In this document: positions 18,173-25,073 of the stretch, piece by piece
Position numbering within the stretch: position 1 is the first letter of the stretch
Layout: every line of letters begins with the position of its first letter
Assembly (NCBI RefSeq): GCF_000172995.2
Contig: NC_014732.1
Coordinates: forward strand, 150,001-182,000
Length of the DNA stretch: 32,000 nt
DNA from: Halogeometricum borinquense DSM 11551
Lineage (GTDB): Archaea > Halobacteriota > Halobacteria > Halobacteriales > Haloferacaceae
Reading direction: 5' to 3'
Program-made: the position numbers and the translations under genes
Notes under the pieces: model-generated
Told to the model about the DNA's origin: nothing
Databases searched by the model: none
The model's input: the letters and a program-made list of their open reading frames with translations, nothing else

Positions 18173-19321
18173 TCACCACTCGGCGACGCTTCCGTCCGGA
18201 TGCCGCCAAATCGGATTGTGCCAGTCAGTATCGTCCTGCGCTCGCGCGGCGATGGTGTCTCTGTCGGGCGTAATTCCGAGTCCCGGCTGGTCAGTCGGGA
18301 TGAGATAGCCGTCTTCGAACTCGAATCCCGAACCGGCGAGGTAGTTCGATCCGTTGTTTCGACGGCCGGATTCGATATCGAAGCCTTGGTCCTGAACGAG
18401 AAGGTTCGGCGTGGCGGTACTCACCTGCAACGAGGCGGCGAGTGCTATCGGGCCGAGCGGACAGTTCGGTGCAACTGCGACGTTGTAGGCTTCGGCCATG
18501 CTGGCGATACGGCGCACTTCCGAGATGCCGCCAGCGTGTGAGACGTTCGGCTGGATGACATCAACTGCGCCGTCCTCAAAGAGCGGTTTGAAATCCCACC
18601 GCGAGTACATCCGCTCTCCAGTGGCGATGGGCACAGTAGAATGCGTCGCAACGTTCGCCAACTGATCGCTGTGTTCCGGGAGTAGCGGTTCTTCGACGAA
18701 CATCGGCCGAACGCTTTCGAGTTCGGACAGCAACTGCTTTGCCATCGGCTTCGCCACGCGTCCCCGGAAGTCAACGCAAAGGTCAACCTCATCGCCGATT
18801 TCCTTCCGGACACCGCTGATCCGTTCGACGATTGTGTCGATGGCCGCTGGCGTGTCGATGTGCGCTGTTCGTTCGGTCGCGTCCATCTTGATGGCCGTGT
18901 ATCCCGCGTTGACGAGTTTTTCTGCTTCTGCGATGAGGTCTTCCGGGCGGTCGCCTCCAATCCACTGATAGACGCGAACCTTATCGCGCGCTTTCCCGCC
19001 TAAGAGTTCATAGACCGGCGCATCGTAGCGTTTTCCTTTAATGTCCCAGAGGGCTTGATCGATACCTGCCATCGCACTCATCAAAACGGGACCGCCGCGG
19101 TAGAACCCACCCCGGTACATCGCTTGCCAGTGATCTTGTATCCGTTGAGGGTCCTTCCCGAGAAGGTAGCCGTCCATCACCTCAGTCACTGCGGTCTTGA
19201 CGGTCTTCGCGCGACCCTCAACGATTGGTTCTCCCCACCCGACTAGCCCATCGTCGGTTTCGATCCGCAAGAAGAGCCAACGGGGCGGGACTTCAAACAA
19301 CTCGTAGTCGGTGATTTGCAT
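18173..19321 (-). CDS. dgoD: D-galactonate dehydratase-type enolase-superfamily sugar-acid dehydratase
   Basis: From ATG 19321 (MQITDYELFEVPPRWLFLRIETDDGLVGWGEP...) the 382-aa product is collinear with E. coli DgoD as I remember it. Shared blocks are PPRW.FLKIETD.G.VGWGEP, GGP.LMSA.AGIDQALWDIKGK, AGERM.SR.DFK, SHAGGI, PLGPIALAA and the C-terminal NP.WRH.D.SVAEW. The 112 codons upstream in the ORF track are Cys/Arg-rich and non-homologous. Confidence 0.93.
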   Translation of the reverse strand: MQITDYELFEVPPRWLFLRIETDDGLVGWGEPIVEGRAKTVKTAVTEVMDGYLLGKDPQRIQDHWQAMYRGGFYRGGPVLMSAMAGIDQALWDIKGKRYDAPVYELLGGKARDKVRVYQWIGGDRPEDLIAEAEKLVNAGYTAIKMDATERTAHIDTPAAIDTIVERISGVRKEIGDEVDLCVDFRGRVAKPMAKQLLSELESVRPMFVEEPLLPEHSDQLANVATHSTVPIATGERMYSRWDFKPLFEDGAVDVIQPNVSHAGGISEVRRIASMAEAYNVAVAPNCPLGPIALAASLQVSTATPNLLVQDQGFDIESGRRNNGSNYLAGSGFEFEDGYLIPTDQPGLGITPDRDTIAARAQDDTDWHNPIWRHPDGSVAEW

Positions 19322-19388
19322 GTGTTCGTCATTTAGCGTGAGAGAGATAAGGGTCGGGGTGAAATATCGGTCTGGACAGCGAAATAGT

Positions 19389-19405
19389 GTCCACAATAGA
19401 TGGAC
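19389..19405. promoter_or_regulatory. Candidate operator, GTCCAC-N5-ATGGAC, in the dgoD/iclR divergent promoter region
   Basis: GTCCAC AATAG ATGGAC matches 11 of 12 positions of the palindrome GTCCAC-N5-GTGGAC. It is embedded in the larger dyad GTGTCCA-N7-TGGACAC (19387-19407). Confidence 0.45.
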
Positions 19406-19460
19406 ACAGTGAGTTCCAGAGCAATCTACTGAACCGCGACGGCAGAACTGTCGGCAACAT

Positions 19461-19477
19461 GTCCATAGATAGTGAAC
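19461..19477. promoter_or_regulatory. Candidate degenerate operator, GTCCAT-N5-GTGAAC
   Basis: GTCCAT AGATA GTGAAC matches 10 of 12 positions of the same palindrome. It lies ~34 bp upstream of the IclR start codon. Confidence 0.3.
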
Positions 19478-19510
19478 AATTATATTGGTTGGCCGTAAGT
19501 TGCTGGTACG

Positions 19511-20266
19511 ATGAAGGCCTCCAACACAGCGATGGTGGGTGCGACGGAGACATCCTTCGATATCCTCCAAGCGCTTCGAGAGCTCGGTGGCGCAGGGGTT
19601 ACCGAGACAGCAGAGCACCTCGACATTCCGAAGAGTACCGCTCACAAGCACCTCCATACGCTGGCACAGTTAGGATACGTTACGAACGAAGACGGAACGT
19701 ACGACCTCGGACTCCTGTTCGTCGGACTCGGGCAGTACGTTCAAGCGAACAGTGCGTTGGTCCAAGCGACGGGACCGGTCGTCGAGCGTCTCGCTGAGAC
19801 GACCGAAGCGGTGGCCGGATTCTTTGTCGAACGCGGCGGTCGAGGCTTCGAGGTGAATCAAGTCACCGCTGGAACATCCCGCGACCTCGACGGCGGCCTC
19901 TCGAAATACCTCCATTCCACTGCGCCGGGAAAGGCAATTTTGGCGAAACTTCCCGACGAAAGAGTTGACGAAATCGTCGATCAACACGGCCTTCCGGCTC
20001 TGACGCCGCATACGATCACAACGCGGTCAGCGCTCGAAGACGAACTGGCGCGTATCCGGGACCGAGGAATCGCCTTCGACAGAGAAGAAAACCGAACAGG
20101 AATGCGAGGCGTCGCAATCCCGGTCGTCCACGACGGCATTCGAGGAGCGATGTACGTCGTTGGCCCGCAACGACGGTTGACAGGGAAGTGGTTCAACGAG
20201 AATATCCCGGGAATCATCATCAGTTCCGTCAAAACCGTCGAACAACGACTCCGCGAGCAGGACTGA
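19511..20266 (+). CDS. IclR-family transcriptional regulator
   Basis: An N-terminal wHTH (...TAEHLDIPKSTAHKHLHTLAQLGYV...) is joined to a C-terminal IclR-type effector domain (...ENRTGMRGVAIPV...). It is divergent from the sugar-acid dehydratase gene. Confidence 0.92.
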   Translation: MKASNTAMVGATETSFDILQALRELGGAGVTETAEHLDIPKSTAHKHLHTLAQLGYVTNEDGTYDLGLLFVGLGQYVQANSALVQATGPVVERLAETTEAVAGFFVERGGRGFEVNQVTAGTSRDLDGGLSKYLHSTAPGKAILAKLPDERVDEIVDQHGLPALTPHTITTRSALEDELARIRDRGIAFDREENRTGMRGVAIPVVHDGIRGAMYVVGPQRRLTGKWFNENIPGIIISSVKTVEQRLREQD

Positions 20267-20294
20267 CGATGGTACGTGGATAGCCACCCCGCAC

Positions 20295-20316
20295 ATTACA
20301 GAACTAATTCTGTAAT
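20295..20316. terminator. Perfect 9-bp inverted repeat just after the IclR stop (possible terminator hairpin or operator)
   Basis: ATTACAGAA-CTAA-TTCTGTAAT, 29 nt downstream of the stop at 20266. No adjacent oligo-T run is present, so terminator function is uncertain. Confidence 0.25.
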
Positions 20317-20369
20317 CTTGTGGCGGTTTTGTCGGAGACCAGTTTCGACTGTCAAGGAGTTCGCCTCGT

Positions 20370-20386
20370 GTCCACGAGTCGTGGAC
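20370..20386. promoter_or_regulatory. Candidate operator, perfect palindrome GTCCAC-N5-GTGGAC
   Basis: GTCCAC GAGTC GTGGAC, in the 330-bp spacer between the iclR and GNAT genes. Confidence 0.45.
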
Positions 20387-20461
20387 GAACTGGATAGGTT
20401 TCCGTGGTATGGGTCACGAGTGAGTGTTCTCACGCTGTGCTGGTCTCCTGAGACATAGTTC

Positions 20462-20478
20462 ATCCACGCAACGTGGAC
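20462..20478. promoter_or_regulatory. Candidate operator, ATCCAC-N5-GTGGAC
   Basis: ATCCAC GCAAC GTGGAC matches 11 of 12 positions of the same palindrome. It lies 92 bp downstream of the previous copy and ~120 bp upstream of the GNAT start. Confidence 0.45.
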
Positions 20479-20597
20479 AACCCTCGGCGTCAGTACTGGT
20501 GGTTCGAGAATGCGCTATATGACCTGATACGACTGAATACCCACCCTTCACGGTTGTTATGCGGTAGATTTTTTATCTCGGTTTGATACTGTTTGGT

Positions 20598-21569
20598 ATG
20601 ACAACTAGTGTCGAAAGGCTAGTCAGTCGAGAGGAGATATTCGAGGGTATCGACGTTTGGAATCGTCAGCATCCCGACTTTCGAATCTCCGACGCACTTA
20701 TCGAGCAGAATCTCTTTGCACCGCTTCCGGATATCGAAGTCCGTTGCTATGGTGGATATGATGAACACGAACTCGTTTCGTTCGCGGTCCTCAAACAACT
20801 CGACAGTCCAGTACGGGAATTTGAGGACACTGACACGGCGTGGCTTTCGTTGTTCGCATTCGAACCAGACTCCGAACGAGCGCGAACACTCAGCAAAGAT
20901 CTACTGACGACCGTCGTGGATAAACACGTCGCCGCTGACCACTCAACGCTACATTTCGGCTGTAGCCCCCAGAACTTTGTGTCTGGAGTTCCGTCAACGT
21001 TCCCGGAACCGTATCGAAATGTGCTTCGTGATGTTGGGTTCGAATCCCAACAAACAGTGTACGATCTGAGTCGAGCGATTACGAGGTTCGACGACCCGGC
21101 TACCGTAGAGTCGGTCGGACGCGAATTGGAGACGCTCCGTGTAGAACGGGCTACTGGATCCGAGGCAGATCTGCTGTCGTTCCTCGAAGATCAATTTCCG
21201 GGGCGCTGGTACTACGAAGCGCGCAATATCTGTCGTATCCCCGGTGGAGCGGCCGACTACTGGCTGCTCCGCTGGGACGGTGATGTTGTTGGCTTCGCTC
21301 GTAGTAATCGCTGGGATGGATCGTATCGGGGACCGAACGTCAACTGGGGATGGCGTTTGTCCAACGTGTACTGTGGTGTTGGCCCGCTCGGGATCCACGA
21401 AGAGCAGCAAGGTCGCGGATGGGGGTTGTTCATGATCACGAAAATCGTACAGCGGCTGAAACAGGACGGATACGACACGATGGTTATCGACTGGACCGAT
21501 ATTCCGGGATATTACGAAAAGCTCGGGTTCGAAAGATGGATCTCTTACGAACGAATGGCAAGAGAATAG
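20598..21569 (+). CDS. GNAT-family N-acetyltransferase-like protein (C-terminal GNAT domain, N-terminal degenerate domain)
   Basis: ATG 20598 (MTTSVERL...) sits ~25 nt downstream of TATA-like TTTTTTATC. The ORF track start at 20583 is a TTG. The C-terminal ...GVGPLGIHEEQQGRGWGLFMITKIVQRLKQDGYDTMVIDWT...YYEKLGF fits GNAT motif A (Q/R-x-x-G-x-G/A) and the tail. Confidence 0.78.
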   Translation: MTTSVERLVSREEIFEGIDVWNRQHPDFRISDALIEQNLFAPLPDIEVRCYGGYDEHELVSFAVLKQLDSPVREFEDTDTAWLSLFAFEPDSERARTLSKDLLTTVVDKHVAADHSTLHFGCSPQNFVSGVPSTFPEPYRNVLRDVGFESQQTVYDLSRAITRFDDPATVESVGRELETLRVERATGSEADLLSFLEDQFPGRWYYEARNICRIPGGAADYWLLRWDGDVVGFARSNRWDGSYRGPNVNWGWRLSNVYCGVGPLGIHEEQQGRGWGLFMITKIVQRLKQDGYDTMVIDWTDIPGYYEKLGFERWISYERMARE

Positions 21570-21770
21570 AATGCGCGAAATCAGTCTGTGTCTCTCAGTA
21601 ACAGTAATACCGAATAAATATAATTAGACTTTTAGATTTGGTGCGAGTTTGTGAATTTCGGGATCAGATAGGCAAGTGGATACATCCCAAATATTGGAAA
21701 CATATACAAATAGATTAGCCACACACAGCCACAATTCTTAATTATTAAGTATGTATATTGTTCGAATACT

Positions 21771-22436
21771 ATCTGCTGGTGAGAGATAGCTCGAAAACCC
21801 GAGTACTGTCTGCAAAGTAGTAGTATTGAGCAGATATACGACCAGATAACGATGGTACTGGGTGAAATAGCCCTTTCTCAGAGGGTTGTCGGTCGTTTCG
21901 GATTCCAATTATAGGTTGAACAGGCGCAATACCACGCCGTTCACGGTGTGGATACGCGCCGTCACTTGTGGTGACGGCCACCGTTGAAATGCTTTTCCGA
22001 GTTCCCTACCGTGATGTTTAACTGACAGGCGAGCGTAGTAGCCGATAGGAATCGGTCGGAACGGAGCGGATTCCGAACCGTCCTTCGGAGGCGGCCTGTC
22101 CGCCCATGTAACGAGGCAGTATCCGAAAGGGCAGTCGGTGAACGCACATTCCAGAAGAGTGTGTCGACGTGCCGACTGCTGAAAGCGAGCACCACGATAC
22201 CCCCGACTCCACTGACACCTGCTGGCGTCCCTGTGGCAAAAACAACACTGGGACGCCGTACATGGTCAAGGATAGGGGTAACGGCCACTTGGCATGGCCA
22301 GCAGTCCACCAGTCCAACACCGTGGGACTACCCGTACCCGAAAGGGCTGGTAGTCCGCCGATTGGACTGCGAACCTGAAACTCCCACCGCTCGGGATTCC
22401 TCCGCGTTCACGCGGAGGAGGATGTCAAACTCTCAC
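21771..22436 (+). ncRNA. Candidate large structured RNA or non-coding structured element of unknown family
   Basis: The segment is GC-rich and sits in an AT-rich gap. It has no acidic ORF, and all ORFs here are basic, Cys/Trp/Arg-rich and spread over several frames. Dense stems are present, given as + strand 5' arm/3' arm. 21771-21777/21829-21835 (7 bp). 21923-21927/21956-21960, enclosing 21932-21939/21944-21951 (8 bp, loop TTCA, one G-U). 21961-21965/21971-21975. 22053-22061/22071-22080 (9 bp, 1-nt bulge). 22090-22094/22100-22104. 22131-22140/22170-22179 (10 bp including 2 G-U). 22224-22231/22250-22257 (8 bp). 22283-22287/22295-22299. 22311-22317/22362-22368, enclosing 22325-22332/22349-22356, enclosing CCC-GAAA-GGG (22337-22346). 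22397-22406/22411-22420 (10 bp, loop TTCA). The G-U pairs and GAAA loops favour the + strand. AT-rich TATA-like stretches lie at 21737-21760. The boundaries are approximate. Confidence 0.4.
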
Positions 22437-22911
22437 TCTACTCTACGGCAGTAATCTGGAGATGCTTTCCGGGAGCTACGTAAGAACACAATTCTCTATA
22501 AGTCCTAGTTGTACTGCATGATTATCCAGCATTCGTTTCCAGAGCGGTAGCTTCCAATTGGTATAGAGGTGTATTCTAACACCTGTAATAGGAGATACAG
22601 ATGATGCGGAGAGTTCTAACACGTAATAGAGGCACGCATCGAATCAGAACCAACTCATGGCCTGATAGCACACAGAGGTCGGCAGTAATTCGAATATGAA
22701 CCGTGTTCTGTGTGATGTCAGACAACAGTGGTTATCTCAAGAGGAACATATAATACAGTACTCCCAATTTAGAAACCGCTCAAACAAACGAGTAACCGGC
22801 TGTCTGTCCGAATCGGACAATTCTGTACAGACATCTTGCTTGATAAAGAACTCGACAGCTACTCAGTACAAACCGCATCCTTTTTGTTTTAGGTACCCCT
22901 AAAATCTGGTA

Positions 22912-23079
22912 ATGGCCGCTGGAACTCAGTCATACTCCGAGGAAATCTCGGACCCAGAACACCCCTCGACCCCCGAGATATCTGTCTGTGAGAGCTGCCC
23001 CGGCAAATCAGTTTTCATCGAAGACGGGAATACCGACGGCTGGATCTCCAGCGACATGACTGTTGACGTAACTCGGTGA
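22912..23079 (+). CDS. Small acidic CxxC protein (55 aa), hypothetical; below the ORF-track length cut-off
   Basis: Hand translation gives MAAGTQSYSEEISDPEHPSTPEISVCESCPGKSVFIEDGNTDGWISSDMTVDVTR*. T-rich TATA-like sequence (TTTTTGTTTTAG) lies ~25-30 nt upstream of the ATG. The gene ends 9 nt before the next gene. The CxxCPG motif and acidic composition resemble the small haloarchaeal CPxCG-related zinc-finger-type proteins. Confidence 0.55.
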   Translation: MAAGTQSYSEEISDPEHPSTPEISVCESCPGKSVFIEDGNTDGWISSDMTVDVTR

Positions 23080-23088
23080 GTAACTACA

Positions 23089-23391
23089 ATGTCCGACTCA
23101 AACGAAAGTGCTGACACGGAAAGCGAACGAACGACGATTCGGTCCGGACGTGAGTTCGAACAGGAGTACCGCCTTGACGCGAGCGAAGCGGGGAAATTTC
23201 TAATCAATCTCGGCGAACAGCTTCGCGATGAAGACGAGCTAACGATTTCCACCGAAAAGTGGGAGCTCCCGTTTGCGTTCGGCGAGCCGATCGAGTTGGA
23301 AATTGATTTTGACGGAGTTGGGGATCCCGAACTCGAAGTCGAACTGTCGCTACCGGGACGAACCGATGAAAAAGCGCCTGATATAGAGTAG
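23089..23391 (+). CDS. Amphi-Trp domain-containing protein
   Basis: A 100-aa, very acidic protein with a central ...TISTEKWELPFAFGEPIELEIDFDG... Trp flanked by charged segments. This fits my recollection of the amphi-Trp domain family. Confidence 0.75.
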   Translation: MSDSNESADTESERTTIRSGREFEQEYRLDASEAGKFLINLGEQLRDEDELTISTEKWELPFAFGEPIELEIDFDGVGDPELEVELSLPGRTDEKAPDIE

Positions 23392-23405
23392 CCACCGTAG
23401 AAGCT

Positions 23406-23951
23406 TCACTTCGTCGCGGATTCGAGCACGAGCGTGTCGTCTTCGAGGTAGTGGTCGATGACGTGCGCGTGTTCTTCTATGTCCATGAGTTGCTCTCGGA
23501 GCATCTCACCGGTTGCGTAGTCGCCAAGGCCCTCGATGAGTTCGATGTGTTCTCTGTAGCTCTCGATGATGTCACCGTACATTTCGAGGTCGTTCGAGAG
23601 CGACGTCCGGATGTCGTAGACATCCTCGTCTTCGGCTTCCACCGTTGCGGCCTCCGAGAGTGCGGTCATACTGGCGTGTGGGACACCACCGAGCGTCTGA
23701 ATCCGTTCGGCGACATCGTCAGCCGCGTCCTCGACGTCCTCGTAGGCTTCCTGGAGGAAAATGTGAATATCGCGGTGTTCAGCGCCCTCGACGTTCCAGT
23801 GGTGTTTGTGTAGTTGGTGGTAGAGGACGTACGCGTCCGCGAGGTCGGTGTTCAGCGCGTCTACAATCTGTTCTACTTTGTCTTCATCGAGTCGTACAGG
23901 GTTCTCGCCAACGGTTCCTTCTTGACGGCGAACGGTCTCTTGTGTGCTCAT
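23406..23951 (-). CDS. dpsA: Dps-family ferritin-like DNA/iron protection protein
   Basis: The likely start is ATG 23951 (MSTQETVRRQEG...). Dps blocks are ...LYHQLHKHHWNVEGAEHRDIHIFLQEAYEDVEDAADDVAERIQTLGG.P... and ...GDYATGEMLREQL... The protein is very similar in pattern to Halobacterium DpsA. Confidence 0.93.
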   Translation of the reverse strand: MSTQETVRRQEGTVGENPVRLDEDKVEQIVDALNTDLADAYVLYHQLHKHHWNVEGAEHRDIHIFLQEAYEDVEDAADDVAERIQTLGGVPHASMTALSEAATVEAEDEDVYDIRTSLSNDLEMYGDIIESYREHIELIEGLGDYATGEMLREQLMDIEEHAHVIDHYLEDDTLVLESATK

Positions 23952-24285
23952 TGCACGCAGTTGTTGGTTCGGAACCCTCTTAATACTTTCATCGATCAAA
24001 CAATTTTTCGCGTTGCCTAAAACACCACAATCGTACAGTAAATTGGTCTGTGGCGGAGTCTAGTGTATTCTCGAATTCCATGTGTCGATATTTCGAGTGC
24101 AATACGGTACGTTGATCGGGAAATGTCGTATCATCTTGGAACTCACAGATTCACGTTCAGCGTTCCGATTCTCGGACGTGCAATCAACAGGAGTTCCGAC
24201 TGGGGGGATTGCAGGGCCCGAAGAACGGGAGCGAAATACTCGCAAACGAACTTTCCAGTCTCTACCACCGGCATCACTCAAGATC

Positions 24286-24669
24286 TTACTTACATTCTGG
24301 ATAGGCCTCATCTGCCTGAACGCGGTCTTTGGCAGCGAGTTCAAGATAGGGCTTCAAAGCGTCTGCCCTCTCTTCGAGTTCGATCAGTTGTTGGTCTGCA
24401 TCGAACGTAAGTACACCAGCGTCATTGAGTTTCGAGAGGTGCGTATGGTAAAGAGACGTGACCGTTCGCTCACGATCCTCAGCAGTCGTCGTCTCGCACG
24501 CAACGAGTTGGTCGGCTAGTTCTTGCAGCCCGATAGTACCGGCATGATCCATGAGAAATCGTAGAACGTCGCGTCGCTGCCTACTTATGAGTAGGTCAAA
24601 CGCTGTATCTGGAGGAAACGCATTGCTGTGTGTATCTGGCTCTGACCAGTCTCTCTCTCGTTCGGTCAT
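24286..24669 (-). CDS. Winged-helix (ArsR-like, haloarchaeal DUF7344-type) transcriptional regulator
   Basis: ...AFDLLISRQRRDVLRFLMDH...LQELADQLV...SLYHTHLSKLNDAGVL... is the characteristic haloarchaeal HTH pattern. Confidence 0.78.
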   Translation of the reverse strand: MTERERDWSEPDTHSNAFPPDTAFDLLISRQRRDVLRFLMDHAGTIGLQELADQLVACETTTAEDRERTVTSLYHTHLSKLNDAGVLTFDADQQLIELEERADALKPYLELAAKDRVQADEAYPECK

Positions 24670-24839
24670 TATATCGTGTGTTATCTGGGACCGTCGAAAG
24701 TTGGGTTACTAGCGTACTAGCGATAGCGGATTGAATAGTCCAGTTGGGCAATAGATGTAGTGCTTCAGAGTGATCGGAGGGTATGCAGTCAGAGAGGAAT
24801 GCTCAGTCTCGCTGCATCACAAAAGAAGCACCGAGTGAC

Positions 24840-25073
24840 CTATGATTCAGTATTGAGATCTAATCCGCCGACTGCATCTTCCAGCCCATCCGCGTCAGTC
24901 GACGTTTTGACGTACTCAGAAAGAGATTGGTGTTCGTGATATTCTTCTAGGTCGTCAGTCCGCTGGAGACGAGATTCGTTCTGTTGCTCTGTTATCGTTG
25001 ATTCGCCAGTAATCGCAACGAACAGATCGCGGTACTTCTGACTCCGCTGTTGCTCGGTCGTTTTTTCGCTCAT
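24840..25073 (-). CDS. Small acidic hypothetical protein (77 aa)
   Basis: In the ORF track. Acidic composition is consistent with a real haloarchaeal protein. The start ATG overlaps the stop of an upstream 42-codon ORF (TAATG). Confidence 0.55.
   Translation of the reverse strand: MSEKTTEQQRSQKYRDLFVAITGESTITEQQNESRLQRTDDLEEYHEHQSLSEYVKTSTDADGLEDAVGGLDLNTES

Noticed and set aside
19322-19657. N-terminal 112-codon extension of the dehydratase ORF (track ORF 18173..19657, 494 aa)
   Set aside because: The extension is Cys/Arg/His-rich with no similarity to DgoD-type proteins. It would run through the divergent promoter region and overlap the IclR start. Homology begins exactly at MQITDYE (ATG 19321).
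21034-21050. tRNA-like T-arm (TTGGG-TTCGAAT-CCCAA)
   Set aside because: It lies inside the GNAT coding frame (…DVGFESQQ…). There is no complementary acceptor-stem sequence, D-arm or anticodon arm at the required distances.
21771-22436. Identification of the structured segment as RNase P RNA, SRP (7S) RNA, a group II intron or a cobalamin riboswitch
   Set aside because: No GAGGAAAGUCC-type P4 sequence is present on either strand. The segment has no rod-like 5'/3' pairing and no helix-8 AGCA/GGAA motif of SRP RNA. It has no GUGYG 5' end, and no 34-nt domain V with an AGC triad and 2-nt bulge; the 22325-22356 hairpin has a 4x2 internal loop and no AGC. It shows only a weak GCCACU resemblance to a B12 box and lacks the rest of that consensus. 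A covariance-model search is still needed.
21570-22910. Replication origin in the AT-rich gap
   Set aside because: I found no recognisable ORB-type repeats flanking an unwinding element, and there is no orc1/cdc6 gene in the window. The AT-richness is better explained as accessory or intergenic DNA.
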